NCBI GenBank assembly: GCA_030704615.1
Contig: CM060732.1
Span: forward strand, 20,956,001 to 21,020,000
Reading direction: 5' to 3'
DNA: 64,000 bases
Origin: Takakia lepidozioides
Lineage: Eukaryota; Plantae; Bryophyta
The notes below the pieces were generated by a model. The model searched no databases, was not told the origin of the DNA, and was given only the letters and a program-made list of their open reading frames with translations. How positions within the stretch are numbered: position 1 is the stretch's first letter; every line of letters starts with the position of its first letter. This document shows, piece by piece, positions 1 through 11,989 of the stretch. The translations under genes were made by a program, and so were the position numbers.

Positions 1-3000
1 GTAAAAGGTCAGATGTCCAATGAGTGGCAGGGAGGACTCCAGAGGAGGGGAGTCAGAGACTGGGTAAGAGTTATCCGTGATATACCTGCTGCTTACCATC
101 TCCCAGAAAACTACGTAGTGCCCTGGCAAGGAGGTCATATCTGCCTGGCTGCTGAAATCTGCCAGCTCCATGGTTGTTCTGGTGAGGTGTTCAGTTGCCT
201 TGGTAACAACCATTTGCAATTCTTCTTCATCAGTTTTGTCACAATTGATGCTGAGAATCACATTCTTTCTGCAGACGAATTCAAAGATTGGTGCTGTGTT
301 TTTGAAGCCTTTCACCCTAAGAACATCCCCAAGTTTGTACCGATACAGACCTGGGCAGGCCACCAAGCATCCAGACAGGGTCAAGTAAGCAGCGTTCCTC
401 ATACTAAAAGATTCAAATCGCAGCAACTATGAGAAGAGGACTCTGAGAAGAGGACTCGCCCAGATATCATACACAACGCTCAATGGTCTTCCTTTCTCTT
501 TGATGACACATATGGACAAGATGCGCATCATTTGGGGACTACAACAATCTCACTGGCACTTGCCTACCTTGAGGAGTGATGAGGTTTGGGTATCGTACTT
601 TGAAATTTTAGTCTTGGCTGAACTGTCAATCTTATGTTCTCCAGGCATGAACCCATATCCACCAATAACTGCAGTTAACATACCCTAGATAAATATATTC
701 CACCTTTCCCAATCAACTAACGCAAAACTCTCCTGGCCCCTCCTGCCTGTCGGTTTCATTTAAGTAATCCTACATATGTATCTGTGCACCAACACAAAGG
801 AGACAACATACCACTGAAATTTGTGACAACCAACTCGTACTCTTGCCCAAGCACAACATCGACCAAGTCGACTGTTTGTGGAGGTTCCTCTCTGGATTCA
901 GTTGTAGATGGTCCGTATGAATTGGTATCTTGATTCAATGGAATGAACTCAAAGTATGCTGACTCTGGCCATATCAAATACGATATAGCTTCAGGTGGGC
1001 AAGTGGGATCAATATTGACACCAACCAAGTTGCATTCACAGGACGCATATATAGGAGAAATCAAAGGGATCTTCCCAGCAAAGTGTTTCAGGGCCGGCAC
1101 GTACTGCTGCATTGTTCCGCTCAACACACATGAAACATAGGAAACATTCTTCCAGAGCCGGGGGATGATGCCCTCCCAGTTATCCAGTGAGCACTCTCTC
1201 TCTATCATGCTTGCCAGCTCCGGGTTCGGCTTCAGTATTTGCCCCACAGCGTTTCTGACAGCAGGATCAGTGATCTTGGTATTCAGTGTCCCAGTTCTTA
1301 TGTCATGACATATCTGGGGCCAGCAGTTCTGGAGAAACCTCAGAGCAGCAACAACTGTTGCCGCAAATAGCCCCTGCAATTTGACGATTTCCAGTGCCTG
1401 TGAAAGGCCGCAGAGGAGATGGCAGTACATGCCCTGGTTAGTGTCATCACAGAGCACTACTTCGTCTGGGCTCACTTCCAATTTTCTCCGGTCACCCTGC
1501 CTGTACTTTCCACTGCGGAAAAGATTGCTTGTAAAAGCCCCAGCTTTGATTCCACTTGGAGTGTCAATCAGCTTTCCTGCAAAATTCAGACTTAATTCCT
1601 TGCCCTCCTTCCAGATTCCAGATTCTCTGTGGCCAAGACCAACCACACCACAAATGGAATGTTTAATATCCAAAACCTCTGAGGGCAACCTGATCAGGAT
1701 GGGAAGTCAGAAACTAAAGCCAATACCAGGGCACTTCGACAGCCTCAACAATAGAATACAGTTACCATAAGATGAGTATTCTTACATCTCAGTCAACCAT
1801 CCCAAGCAATGCAGTATTTTTTTCTACCTTCACCTCAAGTATTTGATGAAAGAGCCAAGCCATTTGAAACTTGTTACTCATACATTGTAGAGTTTCTTTC
1901 TGTGTCATGTCTCACTCACTTTTCCAATTCAAGGGGACCAGGGGCAGTGGGGAGGCAAGCTGAATTCGCTCCTACTTTCTATCTCCGATGGAGTTTGTAT
2001 ACATAATCATAGCTCAACCTAGACGTAGTAACAAACAAGCTGTGGAAGTCCTGAAGCGGCTAATGCCTATCACCACTCCATCACTGAGATAACCTCGTTG
2101 ACCCCTATTCAAGACCTCCAATAAAAGACCAACACCTTGCACAAAGAGACAGAGAGAATGTTTAAGACACTTTACCAGAGGGTACCTTGAGGACTCGAGG
2201 GAGAAAGTACAGAACAACAAGAAACAACATTAAGAACAACACAATGGTTTGCTGAAGACTAAGTGCCTCAAAGATGAGCTGCCAGACAGCCTGGAAAATA
2301 AGGAAAGAAACGTATTTCGTCATGGGGAGGCCCAAAGCACCAAAGGCAGCACAGACATGAAATGAAATGATACTTTATGAAGTCTGCGGGAAGCTCAATG
2401 AGCTTGTGGGACAAGAAAAGAAAGATTCAAGAAAGACAGAGGGGCACACCACAAGCAGCAAAAGCAACTATTGCACAAGGGACAGAGAGAGAGGGGAGAG
2501 GGGAAGGGGGAAGCACAATGGGACCCACTACCACCCTTGTGTCAGGGCTTCACCGGAGAGTAAGAAACCCATGTACACACCTGTACAGTGACAACAATAA
2601 GCCTTGAATAGTAAACATAAACTTGTCAAGTGCTCTGGCCGTTGTTGGAATAAACTTTGACTTCCCAGCTGTGGTCCCTGAGCTGCATTTTCCAACACAT
2701 CGAATATATGAGATCCGCGGAAAGTGGGAGACAGATTATATGCAGGGCATGACAATCTGCGAAGGTTGGGTCCTCATATTGAACGCTAATCCGGAGTTCC
2801 TGCAGCAGCAAAGTTATATAATTGCCTGGTGGAAGAAGTAACCATGTTTGAAATCCGCTCATGAACAAGCGATTACAATACCGAGTAGTGGTGAAGAACA
2901 TGCAGACTGCAAGATCCTGTGACCACCGACCAAAGCCATGAGTATGTCATGAGGACATTTCCTAATGTTGCGGGTTATATCCCAGAGTGATGAAATACCT

Positions 3001-3662
3001 TCTGTGTCACTCCACGTGCAGAGGCCGAAATCCACACCAAACAGAATCAAGAAGGAAAATTTATGTAGTCCACAGAGGGCCACCAGGGCCGATGGAACAA
3101 GGTAGAACATACCAAGAACTAGCTCTGAGACATAGACAATGGGGAGGAAGGGGGAGGAGAACCTTAGACTGAAGTTGGATATGGGATCGGCACAAAAGAT
3201 GTGAGTGGCTTCTCCATTCACCAAGCGCAGAATGTCAGTCGCAATGTCGTCGTAGCTAATAACAGGCAAGCCTTTCTTGAAGCTTTCAACGTCGGTGCGG
3301 CCATCTAGACCGTGGCGTTGCAGATACTCCACACTCGCATTGACCTCAAGAATCTCACGGAGCGTCTCTCTCTGGACCAATCCCGCATTCCTTGTCGTAC
3401 GCTCCAGCATTCCTTTGGGGTCGGAAAAGCCTCCTGGCGGATTAGTTGCCTTCCTCAATTGCATTGACAACTGCTCCACTTCAGTCTCAAACTTCGCGAG
3501 TTTGTCATCTGGTCGTAGCTCCACCAGATTGCTATCTACTCGGTCATCTGTCGCTTTCATTTCATGATCCGCGTCCGAGGTTACCTTGGTGGGCCCATTT
3601 GATTGAGTGCTCTTCTGCAATACAGAGTGAAGCTCCATAGAGACCTTTCCAACGGCTGCCAT
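1..3662 (-). CDS. GH3: GH3-family acyl-acid amido synthetase (auxin/jasmonate-conjugating family), 3' end runs off the window
   Basis: Spliced exons 3662-3163, 2682-2581 (102 bp), 1626-812 and 350-<1, all with GT-AG ends and consistent phases. Motifs SSGTTAGKSKFIP, YASCE and GLYRYKLGD are present, plus YLQRHGLDGRTDVESFKKGLPVISYDDI. About 80 aa of N-terminal extension. Confidence 0.95.
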
Positions 3663-3817
3663 TCTAAATTGTTTGAGCTCCAGTAGTTTGGCAGTTCAAG
3701 CTCGACACTCTCTAACTGGATCCCTGTGGCTCGAGCTGCGTGGATCCGAGCTGCTCTTTGGACATATGAACAGAAAATTGATACTGGACATGTCTTTGGT
3801 GGACATGACAGTTTGGA

Positions 3818-3825
3818 TTATATAG
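3818..3825 (-). promoter_or_regulatory. Putative TATA box of GH3
   Basis: CTATATAA on the minus strand about 156 bp upstream of the ATG at 3662. Confidence 0.45.
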
Positions 3826-4200
3826 ACTACTTAAGCAATCTGAAAAACAGCTCATGAATACAGATGCTTACAGGGCTGCCATCGTCTTGTGTACTAGGTA
3901 GCAGAAGGAAGTCCACAAGAAACTACAGTAGTTTGATAGTCGTGACGCCCTGTCAGGCCACCGCCACCCCAGTGGATAAGAGAAGTTGGGACTTTCTGAC
4001 TGGGGGCTCGTGGAAAGCACAAGGAAGGTAGGGGGGTTTACCTCATGGAAAAGTAGTGAAACATTACCCCCTACTTTACCACCTTATTGTATTGATAGGG
4101 TAAAATACAGAAAAGGTAAAAATTGTACCATTACCTGAATGAGAGCCGGTAAACTGCATGGAAAACACCTCCAATTTACCATGTTGGAAAGTGTACTGAG

Positions 4201-4624
4201 GAATGCCATGTGGGAAAATGTGTGTGAATGCCATGTGGGAAAATGTATTATGAATGCCATGTGGGAAAATGTATTATGAATGCCATGTGGGAAAATGTAT
4301 TATGAATGCCATGTGGGAAAATGTATTATGAATGCCATGTGGGAAAATGTATTATGAATGCCATGTGGGAAAATGTATTATGAATGCCATGTGGGAAAAT
4401 GTATTATGAATGCCATGTGGGAAAATGTATTATGAATGCCATGTGGGAAAATGTATTATGAATGCCATGTGGGAAAATGTATTATGAATGCCATGTAGGA
4501 AAATGTATTATGAATGCCATGTGGAAGAATCTGTTGTGAATGCCAAGTGGGAGAATTTGTTGTGAATGCCAAGTGGGAGAATCTGTTGTGAATGCCATGT
4601 GGGAAATCTATTATAAATGCCATG
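4201..4624. repeat. 26-bp tandem repeat (GAATGCCATGTGGGAAAATGTATTAT), about 16 copies, subterminal in the CACTA element
   Basis: Directly visible; identical units in the core, diverged at the edges. Confidence 0.97.
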
Positions 4625-5681
4625 AGAATTTGTTTTTCAATTGTTTTTTCACAATAACGTTATAGACACATGGACTTTTCTGCAGTGCTGACAAGTTTCC
4701 ACTCAACAGAGTTTGCTGGGCCATTCAGCAAGGCTTAGAAGGATCAGTGGCATACCCTAGCATGGTTTGCAATCGAGTTCCTCCTAAAGTTTACGTTCTG
4801 GCTAGGTGTCCCAGTTTGGGAAAACTGGAAAATGTCTTTCCACCACAAAGTGCGCATGGAAAATGCAAAGGCATTTACTTGACAGAATAACTTACTATGG
4901 CAATAATCCAGCCGTTGATGGGTGTCTGAAACACACTGTTCATTCTGCACACATGGCAGAGAGGATACATATGTTAACACTACCTAATCTAAGTGTTGCT
5001 GAAGTTTGCTAGATATCAAGTCTACAATGTAGATGCACCTGCAACTGCCAGCCTTAGAAGACAGTACACACCATTACAAGGAAAATCTGTCGTGGCGTCA
5101 TGCATGTATGAAGGATGCCAATACTTACGAAGGATTGAGTTGTGCAGTCATGCATTCGAGTGCTAGAAGCACAAAGGCAGCCCACTGTATCTAGGTCAAT
5201 CTGCCACAGAAATCAAATGAAATGATACTTTATAATGTCTGCCGAAAGCTCAAAGCGGTAAAACCAGGATCAGCCAATCCTCCTAAAGCATTCTCAACAG
5301 TGGCAGCAATAGAGTGAAAGTCAATATCCAGCCTATAGGAAGTTGAGGAGTGGAATCTGTTATATCTCCAAATGAATGACAACTGAGGATTGATGCTACT
5401 CCTTCATAAGCTACCATGAGCTTCAGCCTTCGTGAGCATGCGTGCACATGGGCCGACAGGGTAGCCATTCTGTCCATGAACAGTCACCATATCTCAAATG
5501 CATCCAATGCCTGACAGGTTTTTCCTAATGCCTTTGAAATGCCTGTTACCTTCTTTTCAAGAAGAGCCAGAAAAGAATGCCGGTGCTGATGATATTCAGA
5601 TTTTTAAGGATCTGGTAACTGGGCATCACTCACTAGTTGTGATTCATTGGCAGGCTTCAAGTGAACTCGAGCCCAAGCTGT

Positions 5682-6091
5682 ATGGCAATTGCCCGTTGTG
5701 TGGGCAATCTGAAGACAGTATTCATTTTCTGATACACTGTCCGGGGTTCTCTCACCAAAGAGACGCTCTCTTCAAATCTATTAAGGGAATTGTGCCTGTA
5801 CCCCTGTTTACCAACTTTGAAAGTCTCGAGGCTGAGCCAAAAGCCCAGGCCCTCCTGAGGCCTAGTTTTTGGGCAAATCACACACAGCAGATTGATGCTT
5901 GTGTGAAGGGATTTCTAGAGGATATCTGGAAAACCCGGATTAATTCTTTATATGGAGGTAAGTCTTACTACCAACGTCAGCCCCTGACAGAGGTAGGTTC
6001 TGTCCCTTTAGTTCCCGCTCAAACTGGGCACGGGGTCAATGGCCACAAGGCTACGGCAAACAACGTCTTACGAGTACAATCTCTCCAAGGC
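5682..6091 (+). mobile_element. Inverted 3' end of the same LINE (CCHC zinc finger, 3' terminus and TSD)
   Basis: CPLCGQSEDSIHFLIHC continues the RT frame exactly as in the copy at 31160-31570. TSD CAATCTCTCCAAGGC at 6077-6091. Confidence 0.92.
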
Positions 6092-6363
6092 AGGCAAAGA
6101 TTATTAGTTCAGTGTCATTTGTCACATAGCTGCATTCAGTACACTGTGTAGCTTGTTTATGGTATTGTGACTGAAGGCTGACCACGACATGGGATGAAGT
6201 CAAAGTCTATCCTATCCCTGCTGCCCTTTATCTCATCAAAAACTTACTCCAGGTACAGAATGTTCGACAGTATCCTCCAATGTATTTCTCTCGCAAACTC
6301 CTAGTTCAGATTTAATGCTGCTTGGGGTAATTTGTGACTACGCCATTTCAGCACGAATAGGAC

Positions 6364-8237
6364 TCTCCCTTTCCTCTCTGCTTCTGTTTGCTGTTCAAAG
6401 GTAGGCTTCCTGCCCTGAGTTTAAATTTCAGTCTAGTGCCGAGAGTGGGTAGACCCTTGAGGTCATCCAAGATGTCCTCCCCCATGTCACAGACTGGAAA
6501 CAAGTTCAGGGAAGTTTTCTGCCTAACTTCATTTTCATCAGACAATCTCATGGCAACAGACATGGCTGAGGACACTACAGCCTCTAAGTCAGATTTATCC
6601 AGCAGGGTCAAGACTTGCGGATCCAGGTCCAGGTCCTTGAGGACCTCTTCTACTCTCTTCTGCCAGGACTTAGCCTGTTTGACAGGGCGGTCCTGTTTCC
6701 AAGATATAGAGTCGATTAATTTAGGATATCTGGTGTTGGGCATATGTTGCAGCTGACCCCACCATCTGACCTTGAATTCATCTCGTCGGGAGCTTAAGGA
6801 CGGAATGCCAAACTCACCCCGAACAGCCACATTGGCTGTTTTGGAGCATGCTGACATACACTCCTGAAGCACCCCCACTTGAATGCATTCTAGAGACTTA
6901 GCCTGGTTGGAGTTATCAACCCATATAGCAGATCCGTACTCCAAGGCAGGTCTAATAACGCGACAAAGCATGGTTTTCTGAACCTCAGAGTTGACCCCTC
7001 TGCAGTGGAAAAATTTAGTGAGCCCCAGAGCTTTGCCCTTGCCAGTTTGAACAACTTTCCGGATATGTGCATCCCAATTACAATTGGAGGAGAACTCAAC
7101 GCCCAGGTAAGTGTAGGAAGGGAGGACCGGGATCTCTTGGCTACCCCACTGCCACTTAAGATCACTTCCTCCCTCTCCTCTGTCGTTGAATGCTACCACT
7201 GCACATTTGCTGACATTAGCCTCTAGCCCCCAAAGATCAAAGTATCTCTTCGCGCAATCAATCAACTCCTGGAGATTGGTTGGAGTCTCCCCTATGCCTG
7301 CGAAGTCATCCGCAAACATAAGGGCTGGTATGGTGGTATCACCCACCCTTAACCCAAATCCCTCACTTTCCACATCCTCGAGGAGTTGATTGATGAAAAC
7401 ATTGAAGAGCAGAGGGGAGAGAGTACATCCTTGAGCTACACCTTGGTCTATGTCAAAGAAGTTGGACTTCTGTCCGTTAACAGTGACACAGCTTTTGGTG
7501 TGAGCATACAAGTTGTGGACAACTCTCCACATCTTTCCCTTGATCCCACAAGACCAGAGGCGGAACCATAGGCCATCCCTCCACACTGTGTCATAAGCCT
7601 TTTTGACATCCAGGAAAAAGACATAAGTGGGTTTCCCTTCTTTTTTCCTTCCCTGGATAATCTGGCTTAGAGTGAAGATATGATCCACACAGCCCCTGTT
7701 TCGCCGAAAGCCAGCTTGGCCTTCGTGGAAACAACCTCTGGACTCCAGATCAACCTCGAGACGAGTACTTATAACTCTGCAGAATGTCTTGCCAACAGCA
7801 TTGAGGAACGTGATGCCACGGTAGTTCCCCGGTTCTTCTCTGTCACCCTTCTTGTATAGATTGACAATGACCCCCTGTCGCCAGCGAAAGGGGATCATTT
7901 CAGTCTTCCAGATAAGGTTAAAGAGGAGAACTAGGGCCTCTATCATGGGATCACCACCGTGCTTGATAAGCTCGTTGACAATACCATCAGGTCCACCAGC
8001 TTTATATCCATTTAAATGTTCAATTGCTTCCACAATCTCAGAAGAACTAATGGGAGCATTATAAGCCATTGAAATATACTCCAGTTCATCAGGGCTGTTC
8101 TGAATCATAGGAACAGTTTTTCCAACTGTGTCCCTCCATTCAGCAGAAGACCCCTCACTGTTAGACCTAGAAGTTCTGCCAAGGATACTGTAGTGAGTTT
8201 CAAAGGTTTTGACAATGTCAACCGATGAAGTCACCAC
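6364..8237 (-). CDS. LINE reverse transcriptase domain (truncated by the inversion)
   Basis: 629-aa ORF with RT motifs, ending at the inversion breakpoint just before the CCHC finger. Confidence 0.92.
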
Positions 8238-9624
8238 TGCACCTTTAGTAGTCTTCAGCGCACTTGCTGACCGTTTTTCGGTTTGTACAAACGTTGAAGG
8301 GCCAACCAGAATTTCTTGTCATTACCACCATGGTGGTTTGAGTTTATTTCACTGTATAACTTGTCCCAGTATAATTTCTTCTGAGACCTAACAAGCTGAT
8401 TGATATCTTTACGGAGCTGGTAGTACCTCGCCCACAATTCTCTGTTGGTTTCCAAATTGCAGCACTCTTTATAGAGGGCTCGTCTCTCAGCTATCTTGAG
8501 TTTAATCTCATTAGTCCACCAATTAACTGCTCTACCACAGACAATTGGTTTCCTCCCAATGATCTTGTCAGCCACGGAGGAAACGAAACTCTCCCAAGAG
8601 TCCACTGCTCTTTCGACTTCATTTCTTGCGTTAACAGAGCGTGACTGAAGTTCTTGGAGCGATTGGACAAAATGAGGGAGAGCCTCTTGCAAGGCCTGGA
8701 CGTACTCAGCCTTGACCTCCTCATTGTGGAATTTTTCTATGCGCCACTTCCGAATCGAACGTTTCACAGATCTCTTGGTGGTGGGAAAACACCTTTTGAT
8801 CTCAGTTCAAACCAGGAAGTGGTCAGAGGTACCAATATCAGTTCTGTCGATCAACACATTGGCACACTGGGGGAACAAAATTTTGTCCATTATGATATAG
8901 TCCACAATGGAACGTTCCCCAGTTTGGGGTTTCTCACGAGTCCACTGCACTTGGTCACCTCTTGTCCTGTTATTCAAGGTCAAAAGCTGAAGCTCTTCTA
9001 GACAGTTAATTAACCGTCTGCCATTAGAATTCAGCTCGTCCTCACCAAAAGGTCCAATGATATCGTCCTGATGGATCCCTTTGCCCACCCGGGCATTGAA
9101 GTCCCCCAATAGTACCACCTGACCTTTGGCAAGGAACGAAGCACAGTCCAGCTTTACATCTTCGAAGGCCTTGTCTGCGTCAGCACTAAGGGTCCCCTCT
9201 GTGGGCATGTAAACACAACCAACAAAGAGGTCCTTTGTACTCATGCCGCCCTTCAAATTCAGTTTTAGCCAGATACTATGCTCGTACCTCCAACCCTTGT
9301 TGATAATTTCACAATTGTCAAACAAGAAATCACGGACAAAGAATCCAACCCCTTTTTGACCGCGTTTGGCAGAGGCTGCCTTGAGAGTACACATCTTACC
9401 TGCCCATTTATAACCAATGACATCTCCAACCAGTTTATCCGACGTTTCCCGCACAGATATGAATATCATTAGTCCGAAGAACTTGTCCCACTTCAAGTTG
9501 TTTCCTTTGGTTGGTCAACCCTGAGAAGTTGAAAGTGGCCAGCCGCATGCCAGCCCTTTGCGTGTGATTTGTTTGTCGTCTAGGTAGCTTGTGATTGCTC
9601 CTGGACGGCCAACCGTTCTGCAAA

Positions 9625-10035
9625 GGGGGGACAGTTACCCCATGCGTAGATTTTGCTCGTCTTGTGTAAACTTTGAGAATTGGTAAACCATTCAGGGTAC
9701 CAAATCTTTCAGTTACACGACGCACAGGCTCCGCACACATAGGGGCAGATTGTCTGTCAGACTGCTTGGGGACAATTACCCCGTGTATAGATTTTGCTCG
9801 TCTTGTGTAGACTTTGAGGATTGGTAAACCATTTAGAGTACCAAATCCTTCAGTTACACGACGTTCAGGCTCTGCACACTTAGGGACAGATTGTCCATCT
9901 GACGGCTTGGGGACAATTACCCCATGTATAGAATTTGTTCGTCTTGTGTAAACCTTGAGGATTGGTAAACCATTCAGAGTACCAAATCCTTCAGATTCAG
10001 GACGTTCAGGTTCCGTACACTTAGGGGCATCTTGT
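9625..10035 (-). repeat. Three 132-bp (44-aa) in-frame tandem repeats in the LINE ORF1 region
   Basis: PKCxEPxR..EGFGTLNGLPILKVYTRRxxSxHGVxVP occurs three times. Confidence 0.92.
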
Positions 10036-11989
10036 CCTTCTGGCTGTTTGGATTCAACCTCATCCAGAGCATCAAACCGATTAGAAACTCTCAAGTTGAA
10101 GCTGTTGCCCTTGGTTGTCTTCCTAGAGCGCCCCATTGAATCACCAATGTCTAAGACCGCTCTCCAGCCAGTCAAGGGACGAACTTCTTTGAGATTGAAT
10201 TGATGCGGGACTCTATTAGAAGCACTTTTGGTCATTGCAACCTTCAACGTACCCCTGTTATCAAGTCTCGAGATGGTACCATTAGCCATGAAATCCAAGC
10301 CTAAGCTAGAGCATGTAGTTTTAAAGGACACATCGTCCATCCTGGGATTCACCCCAAAAACTACACATGAAGCCCTAGATTTGGCATAAGTAACCAATTC
10401 CCAGGGATCACCCTGAGGAGTGTTGATGTTGATAGGAGCTAAATTTTTGATTGTGTTCGCAGGCCATAAGTTTAAGCACAGGAACCAACCCGAGCCCAAG
10501 TGCCGAGTATGCTAGACAGAGCATACGACTGCCCAATTTGGGCGGAGGGGCTGCCCCCAAGCGGTAGGAGTCCGCTTGTTACCATTCAGAGATCACACTC
10601 CAGGGAGTTGCAGGGAATGGCCCGTGTAGGCATATTCTAAAGAGGGAAAGGCCCCAAGCTTTCCAACTAAATCCAATGCACTACCTTACCTGAAGCAAAG
10701 CGCTTCAGGTCGAAACAAACAAGGACACGAGGTCACAAGGCCGGCATTTAGTCACAGAAACATTAATGTACTCCCGTTTCAAGTCCACCCAATGTCAATA
10801 GGCTTCCTAGAGGACAGGGAGAGGCCTTGGAGAGATTGAAGTACAAAACATGAACAGAATTATAACAACTGTATGCACCACTTATAAGGGTTTTTGGACA
10901 GACAACCTAGGGAAATGAGCGTGACTAAGTTGACAAGTGGTCCCTGAAAGAACAATTGACAACCCCAGAGATATCTTCCTATCTTGCAGTTCCCTGTCTC
11001 AGGCCCACGAGGTGGATGAGAGGAGCGCAATGTGATGTGTCAGTTACATCAAGGCCCGCCCCAAGTTGGAAAGGAATGTGTGCAAATATGTCAGCATTAC
11101 TTATTATCCTGTGATACTGTCTTTCCACCATGTGTGGATTAGCAGCCCAACGGAGATCACACACTTGAGAATTTCCACCTGCATGGTTGTATATTCATTT
11201 ATCAAATAGCCCGAGGGATTGGATACCAGTGTAACAACTCATCGTGCCTCAAGGAAAGGTACAATTATTGAACCTTGCCAAGATTATCTGGAAACTCGGT
11301 CATCGTGATCATATAAAACAATTGATCCACTAGTCTACAACAGTCTAAACAGTTTTGAGAGTACTTACCAGGCAGTTGGCAGTCGTCACAGTGTAAGGGT
11401 AGGACCCCATTTTCTTGGACCAAGGTATCAAAACGCCTTGTGAGCTTGTCAACACTATGAGGGCCATCGTCACTACCCATCTGCACACCAACAGTAACTA
11501 CTTGGATGAGCCAGGGTAGAATTGAAATGAAATGGTACCTTATAACGTCCGCAGAAAGCTCAAAGACCTTATGGGACAAGGAAAACAAGAAACAAGAAAG
11601 AGAAAAAGGTAAGGTCAGTGGTTGCATTGTAATTTTTTCAAGTGTCTACTGAACCATGCAATGTATATAAAATGTAGCAATTCTTATCTATTACCTAATG
11701 GTTTGTCTCATAATGTTGGTTTTTGAAAACATGTTTTCTGTACAACAATACAGAACACAACTCGGGCAGTGAAGTCCCTACCCCGCGAGGTAACTCTTGG
11801 GCCATATCAAGACTTGGACTTCCACACGGTTCAATGGCTTGGGAGGTGGGCACATCCTGAATGACTGCAGATCTGGGGCCCTGCCAATCACAGACCCCAC
11901 CAACCCGATGTTGATGAAACAAAGCTGAGGAGTAGGATGTTCATGAAATAAACAGCCAAACAGAAGAAGAGAAGTATGAAGGAGAGACC

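Larger units (their letters stand above)
6364..10823 (-). mobile_element. Non-LTR retrotransposon (APE endonuclease + RT; RTEX/CR1-L2-like), 5' part of a full-length copy
   Basis: ORF1-like region 10499-9550; APE motifs (LATFNFSG, LLGDFNARVG, SIVDYII, SDHFLV); RT motifs (NYRGI, QAGFR, FLDVKKAYD, GVAQGCTLSP, FADD). A frameshift near 9445, a stop at 8807 and a frameshift near 8275. TSD at 10824-10838. Confidence 0.93.
4896..11480 (-). pseudogene. Captured, intron-containing fragment of a CMP-sialic acid/nucleotide-sugar transporter (SLC35A-like) gene, interrupted by a LINE
   Basis: Exons 11480-11369 (WVVTMALIVLTSSQGVLIPWSKK..YTVTTANCL), 11178-11101 (VEILKCVIS..), 6177-6252 on the + strand (LTTTWDEVKVYPIPAALYLIKNLLQ), about 5630-5550 (YQILKNLNIISTG..LKR), 5200-5129 (LT*IQWAAFVLL..TAQLNP) and 4944-4896 (VFQTPINGWIIAI). 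Mostly AG/GT-bounded, collinear with plant CMP-sialic acid transporters, with stops and indels. Confidence 0.88.

Noticed and set aside
2014-2220. GH3 exon 2 candidate (ISRFRTSTACLLLR)
   Set aside because: Splice phase is incompatible; the true exon with SSGT is 2682-2581
4201-4624. CRISPR-like short repeats
   Set aside because: Head-to-tail 26-bp units with no spacers
5498-6151. 217-aa stand-alone zinc-finger gene
   Set aside because: Chimeric ORF created by the inversion: LINE C-terminus plus antisense transporter sequence
5682-10823. Twin-priming 5' inversion of the LINE
   Set aside because: The order of the parts is wrong for twin priming, and flanking host DNA including an exon and the TSD is inverted too
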